NCBI GenBank assembly: GCA_014905635.1
Contig: JABVCE010000029.1
Coordinates: 1-64,000 of the forward strand
DNA from: Scenedesmus sp. PABB004
Lineage: Eukaryota
Length of the DNA: 64,000 nt
Direction: 5' to 3'
In this document: positions 47,477-59,051 of the stretch, in pieces
Layout of the letters: every line of letters begins with the position of its first letter
Numbering within the stretch: the stretch's first letter is position 1
Translations under genes and position numbers: made by a program
The notes under the pieces: model-generated
Databases searched by the model: none
What the model was told of the DNA's origin: nothing
Seen by the model: only the letters and a program-made list of their open reading frames with translations

Positions 47477-49504
47477 TCATGCGCCCTCGTAGATGCCCAG
47501 CTTGCGCAGCTCGTCCCTGAACTCTGCCGCCGCGGCCGCGCTCAGCGCCTCGGCATACTCCTCCTCCCACGCGGCGCGGAAGCCGGCGTACTCGTTCACG
47601 CTCCCCCCGCCGCCCAGGCGGTCCACCCACTCGTGGTCCTCGCCCGACACGAGCGCCGTGAGGTCCCACGCCCACGCGCCGCCCGCGTCGCGCACGCGCG
47701 CGCTGCCGCACGCGCCGCCAGCCGCGCGCAGCGGCGCCTCGAGGCCGCGCGACACCGCAAACGCGTGCCGCGGGCCGATGACCTGCGCGGCGGGGGCGCC
47801 AGCGGCGCGGCGCGGCGCGGCGCCCGTCGGCGGCGGCGCCGGCATCGGCGGCGGCGCAGCGCAGCGCTGCGCGCAGCCGCGCCGGCGCTCTCAGCAGTTC
47901 GCCGGCCGCCGCGCCCCCGGCGGCCACACCTGCATGAGGCTCGCGCCGAGGAAGGTCGGGTGGGCCAGCACGTCCGCCGGCTCCATGTCTAGGTGGGAGG
48001 TGAGGTAGGCCAGCTTGCGCTGCAGCTCCAGCGGCTTCTCCGCCAGCACCGCGGGGCAGGCCGTCACGACGCCCCGCACCTGCGCGCGGCGGCGGCCGCG
48101 GCGCCGCGCGTCGGCAGGGCGGCGCGAGCGCGCGCGCGCCTGGCCGCGGCGCGCGGCGCGCGGCGCGCGGCGTGCCAGGCGGCGAGGCGAGGCCGCCGGC
48201 GAGCCGCCGTCCTCCCCGCGTGTGCCCTGTCCCCGCGCGCGCGCGCCTGCTCTGGCGTCAGGCGCAGCTCGTCGGCGAGGAAGGCGAGCTGCTCGTGGGG
48301 GGCGTCCTTGGTGGTCAGGAAGAGGGCGCTGCTGCGCACCACGCCCGCGAGGCCCTCCGCGCTCAGGCCGAGCCCGTCGGTCAGCGCCGACACGCGGCCG
48401 CCAAAGACCTCGCCCGGCGGCGCGCGCAGCGCCTGCGGCGCCTCGGACAGCAGCGTCGCGGCCTGGCCGGGCGTTGCGCCGAGCGCGGTGAGGTAGGCGA
48501 CAAACGGCGCGACGCGCTCCTCCAGGCCGACGGTGAGGAGCTCGGGGAACACGCAGGCCATGCGGCCGACGTGGGCGGGTTCGAGTCCGAGGCCGCCCAG
48601 GAAGGAGAGCAGCGGCGCGAGCCGGCCGCCCACGTCCTCGGCCAGCACAGCGGGGCACGCGCAGATGACGCGCGGCCAGAGGTGCTCCGGCTTGATGCCG
48701 AGGCCCTTCAGGAACGCCACGACCTGGGCGGGGCGCGGGGCAGCGGGACGGACGCGGGGCGGGCGCGTGGGCGTGGGCGGCAGCGGCGGCGGCCGCGCGG
48801 GCGGGCGGGCGGCGCGCGCGGCGCGCGCGGGGCCGCGGCGCCGGCGGCGCCCCGCGCGGGAGGCGCGCGCCTGCAGCGCCTGCGCCTGCGTGGTGCCGGT
48901 GAGCAGCGCCGGCGGCGCGCGGAGCAGGAAGTCGGCGACGAGGCGCGACGGCAGCGCCGCGACGCCGAGCAGGTCGAGCCAGCGCTGCAGCGGCACCGGG
49001 TGCGCGAGGAGGTCGCGGTTGCGGCCGAGCAGGAACCAGATGTCTGCCACGTCGACGTTGGCGGCCTTGAGGCTGCGCACCGCGGGGCGGACCTGGGCGT
49101 CGAGCTCCAGCCCCGGCGGCAGCCCCGGCGGCGCGACCGCCCAGAGCATGACCGCGTGCCCGCCCACGCCGAGCTCGGCCGCGAGGAAGGCCTCCACGTC
49201 GGTCGGCACGTAGCGCGCGCTGTAGTGGGACATCGCGCCGCCGCTCAGCAGGCGCGACATCAGCGCGGCGCGCGCGCGCACGTCGCGCGTCACGCGCAGC
49301 GCCTCCAGCGGGTTGCTGCCCTCGTCACTGAAGCCGCCCGCGTCGCCGCCGCCGAGGCCCGCGACGTCGGTCAGGCTCGTGCGCGGCGGCGGCGGCGACC
49401 GGCGCAACCGCCGCGCGCCGCTGCTGCTGCTCGCGGCGCGCGCGCGTTCCGCGCGGCGCCGCGCACGCGCCGCCGCCGGCCCGCGGGCCCGTGAGCGAGC
49501 GCAT
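47477..49504 (-). CDS. mTERF family organellar protein, 4 exons
   Basis: Repeated mTERF-like units: VVAFLKGLGIKPEHLWPRVICACPAVL, LAPLLSFLGGLGL...FPELL, VAPFVAYLTALG, and HPTFLGASLMQ/VIGPRHAF. Apparent frameshift in the transit-peptide region. Confidence 0.85.
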
Positions 49505-49862
49505 GGCGCCGGGACGCCCGGGAGGACGGGGCGGGGCTGCTGCGGGCGCCGGGAGGGCTCCGACTGGCGTGGCGCGGGAGCAGCCCGTCGCAGCTTCCGC
49601 AGGCGCTGAGCGCGGGCTCGAGAGCTCCCCCGCGAGGGCGCTAGGCGATCAGAACGGGCGCTGCGGCGCTGCGGGGCTGCTTTCGTGGTGCTGGGCGCCG
49701 AGCAGCAGGGGCCGGTCACAACGGAGGGCGGGGCTGCGCTGGGCGGTGTGGTGTGGGTGTGGCGTGTGGGTGGGCCAGGCGCGGGGGCAGCAGCCGCGGC
49801 GGCGCGGTTGGGCGCGGCGGCTTGAAAAACCGCTCCGCCCGCGCGCACCGCGGCGGCCCTGA

Positions 49863-52452
49863 TCAGTCCTCCTCGCCCTCCTGCCCCTCGCCCTCCGCCT
49901 CAGCCTCCTCCTCAGCCTCCGCCTCCGCAGCCGCGGCGGCAGCCTCGGCCGCGGCGTCGGCGTCGGCGTCGGCCTTGGCGCCTCGCGCCGCCGCGAGCGC
50001 CGCCTCCGCCGCGAGCGCCGCCTCCGCCGCGGCGCGGGCCGACGCCGACGCCGCCACGCCGGCCTCCGCGCTCCGAGCCGCCGCCGCGACGCGCGCGACG
50101 CGCCGCACCTGCGCGAGGGCGGTCGGGGCGGGTCGCTCGCTGCCAGGCTGGTGCCCCCCCCCTCCTTCGGCGCCGCACCTGCTTGACCCACTGCAGCAGC
50201 ATCGCGCCCAGGCCGCACTGCGGCAGCTCGCGCTCCAGCTCGCGCGCGGACGCGACCTTGTAGGCGGCGCGCACCCTGCGGCGGGCGCGCGATGAGCGGT
50301 GGGCGGCCGCGACCGCTGCCCACCCGCGTTTCGGCACGCCTCGCGGCGCCGCGCGACCGCGCCCCGCGGCCGCGCACCTGCCCCACAGCGCCGCGTCGCG
50401 GTCCTGCGTGGCGTCAAAGGCGCCGAGCTCGTCGAAGAGGCCCGCCGTGAGCGCGGCGCTGAGCTCGCGCCAGCTCGCGAGCGCCGACGGCGCGCGGCCG
50501 AGCAGCAGCAGCGCGCCGCGCAGCACCGCCGCGGTCGACGGCGGGCTGGACGGCGCGAGCCTGAGCGCGCGGATCGCGGCGCCGCGCACGGACGCCATGG
50601 CCGCCGCGATGGCGGCCAGCACGCGCTGCTCCAGCTCGAGCGCCGCCGACGCGCGCGCGCGGCGGCCGCCGCGCCCGCCTCGGCGCGGCGCTCGGCGGCC
50701 GCGAGCTGGGCCTCGGCGCGCGACACCAGCTCTTCCGGCGCCAGCGGTTCGCCGCCCTCGCCGCCGCCCTCTTCCTCGCCGGGCGCCGCGTCTTCCTCGT
50801 CTGCGGCCGGCGGGCGGGCGGGCGCGGGCGGTGAGCGAGCAGCGCGCGCACAGGCTGCCCGGCCGCCAGCACAGCGCAGCAGCTGCAGGCCGGCGCGCGC
50901 GCGCACCCTCGGGCACGGGCGCGAACGGCGGCGCCGCCGCGCGCAGCTCGGCCACCGCAGCCGCCAGCGCCGCGAGCGCCTCGGCGCCGCCGCCGCGCGC
51001 CGCGTCGGCCTTGCGAGCCGCGGCCGCGCCGTCCAGCGCCTGGCCCAGCGCCTGCGCCACCTGCGCGTGCGGCGGTCGCGCCAGCAGCGGTGGCGGTCTC
51101 GGCCGCCGCGCCCACTGCACGCCCCACGCGCCGGGCGCCCGGCACGGCAGCTGCACCACGCGCGCGCGCCGGCCAGGCCACGCCGCGCGCCCACCTGCCA
51201 GATGAACGCCACGTCCTCCTCGCCCAGCGGCTGGCCGCTGCCGTCCGGGAGCAGCGTGTCGGCCGCCAGCACCGCGTGGAACTCGCCGCCCGCGGGCCGC
51301 CCCGCCCCGCCGGCACCGCCGCCGCAACGTAGCCGCCGATGCGCGGCGGGCCGCGCAGGAAGGTCACGCGCGGCTCGTCCGCGACGTGCGGCACCTGGAC
51401 ACGGCGCGCGGGTGAGCGGGTGAGCGGGTGAGCTGCCGCGCTGGCCGCCCGCAGGCCGCCCCTTCGCGCCAGCCGCCCTGCGCCGGCGCGCGCCTGCAGC
51501 AGCGGGACGTGCTCGTCGAGCAGCCGGAACGTCACCGGCCCCGCCTCGGGCCGCGCGGCGCCGCCGGCGTCGCCGTCTTCCGGTGCCGGGCGGCGCAGCG
51601 TGAGGGTAGTCATGAACTCCTGGCCCGCGCTGGCCGCCACGTAGCGCAGGAGCTTGCCAGCATAGTCGGGCGGCGGCGGCAGGCCAGGCGGGCCGCCGCC
51701 CTCCCCGCCCTCCCCGGCCCCGCCGCCGCCACCGTCCGCCTCATCACGCTCGCCGTCGCCGCCGCCGTCGTCGCCGTCGCCGCCGGCGCCCGGCTCTGCG
51801 GTCGGGCTCAGCAGTCGGGGGCCGCCGCGTGGCGCACGCCGGCGCGGCGCGTGGCCGCAGCGCACGCGTGCGGCGTGCACGCACCCGCGCCGCCAGCCTC
51901 GTCCTCGCTCTCCGCGTCGGCCTCGCCCTCGCCGGGCGGCGCCCAGTCGGGCCGCTCCTCGTCCACGATGGCCGCGACGTACGCCGCGCCCGCGGACGTG
52001 TGGCGCTTGACCAGCTGCACCGTGGTGGACCACAGCAGCGCCGGCTCCGCGACCAGCGCCGCCAGGCCTGCCACGGCGGTGCGCCGCGCGGCTTCCGCCG
52101 CGGCGGCGGCGGCCGCCGCCTCCGCCGCGCGCGCCGCGCGCCGCTGCTCGGCCGCGGCGGCCGCCTTCTTCTCCTTTGCGCGCGCCGCCGCCTGCTGCTC
52201 CGCCGCCACGAAGCTGCGGAGACGGGAGTGGGTGAGCTCAGGGAGCGGCGGCGGGGCGTGCGGGGGGCGCGGCGCGGCGCGGCGCGCGCGATTGACCGCG
52301 CGCGCAGTCGCCGCTCACCGCAGCAGCCACTCGCCCAGGTGCGCCACGGGATCGTCGGGCGCGGCGCTGACCGTGGCCGCCACGCCACGGGCCAGTGCGT
52401 CGCCCACGGTGGCGACCAGGTAGGCGCTCTCGTCGCCCGCCGGCGTCGCCAT
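49863..52452 (-). CDS. RSP2: Flagellar radial spoke protein 2 homolog (Dpy-30-like N-terminus, GAF-like region)
   Basis: AYLVATVGDALARGVAATVSAAPDDPVAHLGEWLL, VQLVKRHTSAGAAY, PDWAPP, DYAGKLLRYVAASAGQE and LAADTLLPDGSGQPL, colinear with Chlamydomonas RSP2 as I recall it. Acidic C-terminal tail. Confidence 0.85.
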
Positions 52453-52763
52453 GGCGCTCGGACCTGCGCGGGCCGCTGCGGCGCTCGCTGCAGCGCTGCG
52501 CCTGCCTGTAGAGACCACGCAATCTTGCGTGTGTGGTGTTGAGACTGAAAACAGGCCCGAAACCATTGCACGCGCGGCGCGGCGCCGCAACGACGGCGGC
52601 GGGTCGGCCAGCGTGCGGTTCAGGGCTGGCCAGCGCCAGGAGCCCGGGCCCCCCGGTCGGAAGCAGGCCCAGACTCCGCGCGCAGCCCCCGGCATCGGGG
52701 CGTGCCGCCGCCGGCTCGCCACCGCCGCCGCCGTGCAGACGCCCGCTGCTGCTGCCGCACCGC

Positions 52764-54795
52764 ATGTCCTGGCTGCGCCGCGCGCTGGGCCGGCTGCAAC
52801 AGCGCGCCCGCATGTCCACCAGCGCAGCCGCGGGGTCCGGCGCCCCAGCGGCAGCAGCTCAGCAGGTGCCAGCCGCCGCCGCTGCCGCGCGGCTGCGCGC
52901 GCTCGCGGCGCAGCTGGAGGCGCCGCCGCCGGAGGCAGGGGGCTGGCAGCAGCAGCACGTCGCCGTGGCGGAGGCGCTGCAGGGCCTGGCACGCGAGCTG
53001 CTGCGGGGCGGCCAGGCGGCCGCCGCGGACGGTGCGCGGCAGCGCGGCGGCGCGCGGGGCGCGCCCGCCGGCGTCGGCGCGCGCGCCGGCTGAGCCCGCC
53101 GCCGCGCCGCTGCAGACGTGGCGGCGCTGGAGCGCAGCTTTGCCGCGCCACCCGCGCCGCAGCAGCCCCCGACCAAGCGGCAGCGCCGAGGTGCGCGCGC
53201 AGCACGCGGCGTGCCGCGCCACGCCCCCGACCCAGCGGCAGCGCGGCGACCCACGCCGGCCCGTCCCCGCACCACGCGCGGCGCCACCCGCAGGCGACCG
53301 CGTGTTTGACTCGTCGCGCTACGGCACGCGCTACGTGGCGCTGCAGGTGCTGTACGTCGGCGCCGGCTTCCACGGCCTCGCGCGGCAGGAGACGACCGAG
53401 CAGACGATCGAGGCGCGCGCCGGGCGGCGGCGCGCGGCCGCGGCGCGGCGCGCTGCTGCTGGCGGCCGGGGCGCCCGCCCGCATGCCGGCGCGTCAGCCG
53501 TCTTCTCACTTGCGCGCGGTGCACCGCGCAGGGCAAGCTGTTCCCCGCCCTGCGCCGCACGCGGCTCATCCCCGAGGACGCCGACGTCTCCTCGCTCGCC
53601 TACAGCCGCTGCGGGCGCACCGACAAGGGCGTGTCGGCGCTGGGGCAGGTGCTCGCGCTGCGCCTGCGCTCGAGCGCGCCCGCGGGCGGTGCGCCGCCGG
53701 CCGCCGAGGCTGAGCTGGACTACCCTGCCATCATTAACAAGGCCCTCCCAGACACCATCCGCGTGCTCGCCTGGGCCGACGTCGCGCCCGAGTTCAACGC
53801 GCGGTGCGTGGCCGCCGCCTCGCGTGCCTGGCCGCCGCCCGACCGCCCGCTCGCTGTCGCACCTGCCCGCTCGCCCGTCGCACCCGCCCGCCCGCCGTCG
53901 CACCCCCCGCCCCGCCCCGCCGCGGCGCCCTGAACCCCAGGTTTGACGCGGGTCACCGCGAGTACCTCTATTTCATACCCAACGACGGCGCCCTCGACCT
54001 GCCCGCGATGGCGGCCGCCGCGGGGCACCTCGTGGGCGAGCACGACTTCAGGCACTTTTGCAAGGCGGACGTCGCGCAGGCGCGCCGCCGCGGTTGGGGG
54101 GCGCCGCGCCGCGCCGCGGCCTGCGGGGGCGCCACGCGCGGCGCGCCCACGCGGCACACGGCGCGCCCGCGGCGGCGCGCAGGTGAAGAACTTTCGGCGC
54201 GTGGTGCTGTCGGCCGGCATCGAGCCGGCGGGCGTCGCGTGCGCCGGCATGAGCGTCGTCGCGCTGCGCATCCGCGGCACCGCCTTCCTCTGGCACCAGG
54301 CGCGGCCCCGCTGCGATCGCGTCGCCGCCGCGCCGGCCGCGCCCGGTCGGCCGCCGGGGCCGGGGCACGCGGGTTCAGGGTCTCGCGCACGCCGAGCGCG
54401 CGCCCCCGCCGCGCCCGCGCCCGCGCGTGCGCGTGGCGCCGCAGGTGCGCTGCATCGCCGCCGTGCTGCTGATGGTGGGGCGCGGCCAGGAGGCGCCGGG
54501 CGTCGTGGCGCGCCTGCTCGACGTGGGCGCGACGCCGCGCAAGCCGCAATACGGCTACGCCGCGGAGGAGCCGCTGCTGCTGCACGCGTGCAGCTTCCCC
54601 CGCCTCGCCTGGCGCCGCAGCGCGGCCAACCTGGAGCGCTGCCTCGCCGCGGTGGGCGGGCAGCTGCAGCGCCACCTGGTGGCCGCCGCGCTGAGCAGCG
54701 CGATGTACGAGGAGCTGCAGGCCTGCTGGCGTGCGGCGGCGGCGACGGGGCAGCGGCAGGAGACAGAGCAGCAGGTGCAGGAGCAGCAGCATGTT

Positions 54796-54858
<63 letters not shown>

Positions 54859-55098
54859 CAGCAGCAGGAGCAGGAGCGGCAGCAGCATGAGCAGCAGCAG
54901 GAGGGGCCGCGACCGCTGCTGCCCGGGAGCGCGGCCGCCCCCGCGGACGGCGGCCGCTGGCTGCTGCCCAAGCCGGCGCACATCCCGCTGCTGCGTCGGG
55001 CGACGGAGCCGAGCATGGAGGAGCGCTTTGCCAAGGCGGGCATCCCGCTGGAGCTGCTCAACCAGCCGGCCAGCGCGCGCATCGGCGCTGCCGAGTGA
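52764..55098 (+). CDS. PUS3: tRNA pseudouridine(38/39) synthase, TruA family, 7 exons
   Basis: FDSSRYGTRYVALQVLYVG, YSRCGRTDKGVSALGQV, EFNAR/FDAGHREYLY, GEHDFRHFCK, GTAFLWHQ/VRCI and KPQY. Poly-Q near 54797-54853. Confidence 0.93.
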
Positions 55099-55209
55099 CG
55101 GCGGCACGGCGCTGAGTGGCGGCGGGTCTCGTAACTCAGAAGAGGCAGGCCGCCGCGCGCCCGCTCACGCGCCTGCGCGGCGAGCCGCCGCCGTGCGCGC
55201 CGCCGCCGT

Positions 55210-56997
55210 CTAGTGCCGCCGCGTGCCGCTTGCCAGCCCGGCCCGCCGCCTCTCGCGCGTCGTTCGCCTCGCGCGCCTCCAGCTCCGGCTGCCAGCTGCC
55301 GCCGGCCCAGTCGGCCCAGTCGGGCCAGCCCCGCTCGGCCAGCTCGCTGGGCGCGCCGAGGCTGCCCGCCTCGGCCGCCGCGCTCTGCGCGCGCTCGCTG
55401 CCCTCCCCCACCGCCCCCTGGCCCTCCGGCTCCTGCTCCTCCTCGCCTGCGCCGAGGCCGTCGCCGGCCGCGGCGAGCACGGCGGCGGCTGCCGCGGCCC
55501 CCGCCGCCGCTGTGCGCGCCCGGCCGCGCCTGCCGCCGCGCGCCGCCTGCTGCTGCAGCTTGAGCTGCCGCGCGGCCACGACCGACTTTGCGGCCAGCGC
55601 CTGCGCCGCCGCGGCCTCCAGCGCGGCCAGCAGCCCCTCGCGCAGCGCCTGCGGCTCGCAGCCGAGCAGGCTGCACGCCTGCTGCCGTGCGTGCGCGTCC
55701 GCCGCGCGCCTGCGGGGCGGCCGGGGCGGCTGGGCGCCGGGGCGCCGGGGCGGGGCGCGGTCGCGCGCGCTGGGCCTCCGTGACGCACGGCACGGCGCGG
55801 CCGGCGGCCGGGCTCACGTGATGATGCTGGCGAGGCTCGCTGAGATGGGCGGCAGGGCCGCCACGACGGCGCTCTCCAGCTTGCCCGCCAGGTAGCCGCG
55901 AGGCAGGCGGGACTTGAGCGCCAGCAGGCTGGCCTCGCACGCGCCCAGGAACAGCGCCGTGCAGCGCGCGCGCGACAGCACGGGCGGCTTGGGCGGCGCG
56001 CCGCGGCGGCGCGGCGCGGCGTGCCCGCCCTGGCTGGGCAGCGCGGCGGCGTCCTGCGAGGCCGCGGCCGCCGCCGACGCCGGCTGCCCCGCGTCGCCGC
56101 CGCCCTCCGCGTCGGGCTGCGCTCCGTGCGCGTGGGGGCGGGCCAGGCGGTCGGTGCTGCAGACCACCAGCGCCAGCGGGGTGACCATGGCGTCCGGCAG
56201 CACGCCCAGCATGAGCACGCCTGCGCGGCGCACGGCGGCGGCGGCGCTGAGGCCGCGCGCTGCACGGCTGCTGCGCCCGCGCACGCCGCGATGGGCGCGC
56301 ACCGCTCGAGTCGCCGGCGGCGCTGCTGGCCGCAAAGTCCTGGAAAGCCAGCCCAAACTCCGCCCAGCACACTGCGGGCGGCGTGGCAGGGCGTGGCGCG
56401 TCCGGCACGCGGCGCGGCCCCCGAGGGCCGCCGACGCAGCGCCGCGTGCCGCGCACCCTTGCTGAGCGCCTTGGCGAGCCCCGGCGGCGGCGCCGTGGGC
56501 ACGCCGTCGGCGAGCGCCAGCACGCGGCACGACACCTCCAGCGCCGCCAGCCCGCCGCCCGCGCCGGCGGCGGCCGCGGTCGGCAGGCCCTCCGGCACCA
56601 GGCAGGCGGTGGCCACCCAGTCCGTCTCCCGCCCGCCGGCGCCGCCGGCGACGCGGCAGTGTTGGCTGCCGGCCACGACCACGGGCGGCGGCGCGGGCAG
56701 CGGCGGCGCGTCGTCCGGTCCGGCGCGCGTGAGCGCCGCCGCGCCGGATGGCCGGTCGGAGGCAGGGCTGCCGGGGCTGCCGGGGCTGCTGGGCGGCTGG
56801 GCCGGCGCCTGGGCGCCCGGCTGCGCCGCCGTGAGGCCGTCCGCGACCGCCGCACGCACGAACGCGGGGACCGTCTCCACGACCCACGACACGCTATCGC
56901 TGGCGGCCTTGGCGGCCGAGAGCGCTTCCACGATCGCCGCGAGCTGCCGCAGGTGCAGCGGCGCGTCGGCGGCAACGCCGCGGGCCGGCGACGACAT
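55210..56997 (-). CDS. Candidate meiotic TOPOVIB-like (MTOPVIB) transducer-domain protein, 4 exons
   Basis: Clean 4-exon ORF. Segments RVLALADGVP..LAKALSK/VCWAEFGL, GVLMLGVLP..LALVV and LPPISASLASIIT/RAADAHARQQACSLLG resemble, in order, the WKxYG switch motif and C-terminal helices of plant MTOPVIB (comparison from memory). Confidence 0.5.
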   Translation of the reverse strand: MSSPARGVAADAPLHLRQLAAIVEALSAAKAASDSVSWVVETVPAFVRAAVADGLTAAQPGAQAPAQPPSSPGSPGSPASDRPSGAAALTRAGPDDAPPLPAPPPVVVAGSQHCRVAGGAGGRETDWVATACLVPEGLPTAAAAGAGGGLAALEVSCRVLALADGVPTAPPPGLAKALSKGARHAALRRRPSGAAPRAGRATPCHAARSVLGGVWAGFPGLCGQQRRRRLERCAPIAACAGAAAVQRAASAPPPPCAAQACSCWACCRTPWSPRWRWWSAAPTAWPAPTRTERSPTRRAAATRGSRRRRRPRPRRTPPRCPARAGTPRRAAAARRPSRPCCRARAARRCSWARARPACWRSSPACLAATWRASWRAPSWRPCRPSQRASPASSREPGRRPRRAVRHGGPARATAPRPGAPAPSRPGRPAGARRTRTHGSRRAACSAASRRRCARGCWPRWRPRRRRRWPQSRSWPRGSSSCSSRRRAAAGAAGRAQRRRGPRQPPPCSPRPATASAQARRSRSRRARGRWGRAASARRARRPRRAASARPASWPSGAGPTGPTGPAAAGSRSWRRARRTTRERRRAGLASGTRRH

Positions 56998-57146
56998 GCT
57001 GCGCCGCCGGGCGCGCCTGCGCCTGCCGGCCGAGCGCAGGGAGGCCGCGCGGGATCGGGTGCGGGTCAGGTCCGGCTGTGCGCGGGGTGGATCAGACGCG
57101 CGGCGAAGCTGTCGCAGTCGGGGGTTTAAAGTTGAGCCCCGCGCCC

Positions 57147-58718
57147 TCAGTCGATCGTGATCTTGGGCGGCGCCGCGGCGCCGGCGATGCTGCTGCAGGG
57201 GCTGGCCGTGAGCTTGTCGACCAGCCGCGCCGCGATGCGGTCGTACGCCACGCCCGCGGGGCTCTCCGGCGCGGCGAGCACGACCGGCACGCCCGCGTCC
57301 GACTGCGCGCGCACCGCGCCCGCCAGCGGCACCTGCGGCGCGCCGGGCGGCCCGGGCGCGGGCCCTGGTGAGCGCGCGCCGGCTCGGCGGGCGCCGCGCG
57401 CCCGCGCGCCGCGGCTGCCGCCGCTGCTGCTCCGCCGCCGCCCCTCTGCCCCTCCAGCGCGCGCGCCTGGCCCAGCAGCTCGATGCCCAGCTCCTCGGCC
57501 GCTGCGCCGCCGCCGCCCGCGCCGAAGATATCGTCGCGCGCGCCGCACGCGGGGCAGGCGTAGTGCGACATGTTCTCCACCAGCCCCAGCAGCGGCACGT
57601 GGACCTTGCGGAACATTTGCGCGCCGCGCCTGCGGCCGCGCGGCGCCCGCAGGGCGGCGCCGCGCGCGCCGTGGGCTCGCAGGACGCGCCGCGCAGCGCG
57701 CCCGCGCGTCGGCGCGCGGCGGCCGACCGCTTGCAGGACGCGTGCGCGCGCGCGTCCTGCGAGCGCACCGCGCGTCGAGCAGCGCCACGTCCTGCGGCGT
57801 CGACACGATGACCGCGCCGGAGAGCGGCAGGCGCTGGCCCAGCCCGATCTGCGCGTCGCCCGTGCCGGGCGGCAGGTCGACGAGCAGCACGTCCAGCGCG
57901 CCCCACGCCGTGCCGAGCAGGAAGCGATCGATCGCGCTGTTCACGATCGGCCCCCGCCACACGACCGGCGCGTCGCCCTGCGCGGCGGCGGCGGCGGCGG
58001 TGGCGGGGTCAGCTCTCCGCGCGATTGCGTCGGCGTCGTGGTTTGACGCCTGCCGCCACTCTCTCGCGTCGCCCCGCTGCCCGGTGGCGCGCCTGCATGA
58101 AGAACCCCATGGACATGCACTTGACGCGGTGGTTCTCCAGCGGCAGCATCAGGCCCTCTGCGCGCCGGCCGCGCCACGGCACGCGCGGCGCGCTCGGCGA
58201 CGGGGCCGGCGCGCAGAGGGCGGCGCGGCGGCGGCGACCGCCCGGCGGTCGGCGCGGCACGGCCCGCGCGCACCTGGTGAGGCCTCGGGCTCGCCGTCCA
58301 GGCCCATCATGGTCGGCAGGCTGGGGCCGTGGATGTCGGCGTCCAGCAGCCCCACGCGCCAGCCGTGCCGCACCGCCAGCGCGACGGCGAGGTTCACTGC
58401 GCAGCGAGGGCGTCAGGGGCCGGCCGGCGCGGCGCGCGCCAGCTCGCTGGCCGGCCGGCGGGCGCGCCGCGGACGGCGCAGCCAGCGCGCCGCGCGCCGC
58501 GCCGCGCCTGCGACGGTCGACTTGCCGACGCCGCCCTTGCCGCTGGCGACCGCCACCACGCGCTCCACCTCCGCCAGGCCCAGCCGCTTGCCGGCCGCGA
58601 CGGTCTTGCCGCCCGGCTTGGCGGCACCGGCAGCGGCGCCGCCGCCCGCCGCTGCCGCTGCGAACGCCCGCAGCGGCGCCGCAGCGAGCTGCAGCGCGCG
58701 CGCGGCAGACGGGCGCAT
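57147..58718 (-). CDS. IND1: Mitochondrial Mrp/NBP35-family Fe-S P-loop NTPase (complex I assembly), 6 exons
   Basis: [62 protein letters not shown] and [13 protein letters not shown]. Mitochondrial-type presequence and no N-terminal Cys cluster. Confidence 0.92.
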
Positions 58719-58941
58719 TGCTGCCGCGCTGATCTGATCGGGCCCGGTCGCGGGCGGGCGCTTTGACGCGGCGCGCTCAGCAGCGGCAGCGGTCGCAGCG
58801 GCGCGGGCGGCGGCGGAGCGCGCGGCGTCTGCAAGGGCCGGTCCAGCGCGCCTGTGCGGGCCGGACGCACGCGGGGCGCGGCGCCCGCCACGTCCAGGGC
58901 CCAGCGCGCTGCGCCGCGCTGGGCCCTCGCGCGTTGCGCCG

Positions 58942-59051
58942 CCGCGGCGCGGGGGTGGGACGAGCCAGCCAGCTTACCCACAGAGAGCCGCCCGCGGCGC
59001 GGGGGTGGACGAGCAGCCAGCCTTACCAACAGAGAGCCGCCCGCGGCGCGG
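58942..59051. repeat. Imperfect tandem duplication (about 50 bp) right after the ISY1 stop
   Basis: ccgcggcgcgggggtgg(g)acgagc(c)agccagc..ttacc.acagagagccgc occurs twice, plus a partial third copy. Confidence 0.85.

Noticed and set aside
54797..54853. Poly-Q (CAG)n tracts in PUS3, the lipase and IQM; Gly/Ser run in GUF1
   Set aside because: Low-complexity coding microsatellites are commonplace in GC-rich chlorophytes.
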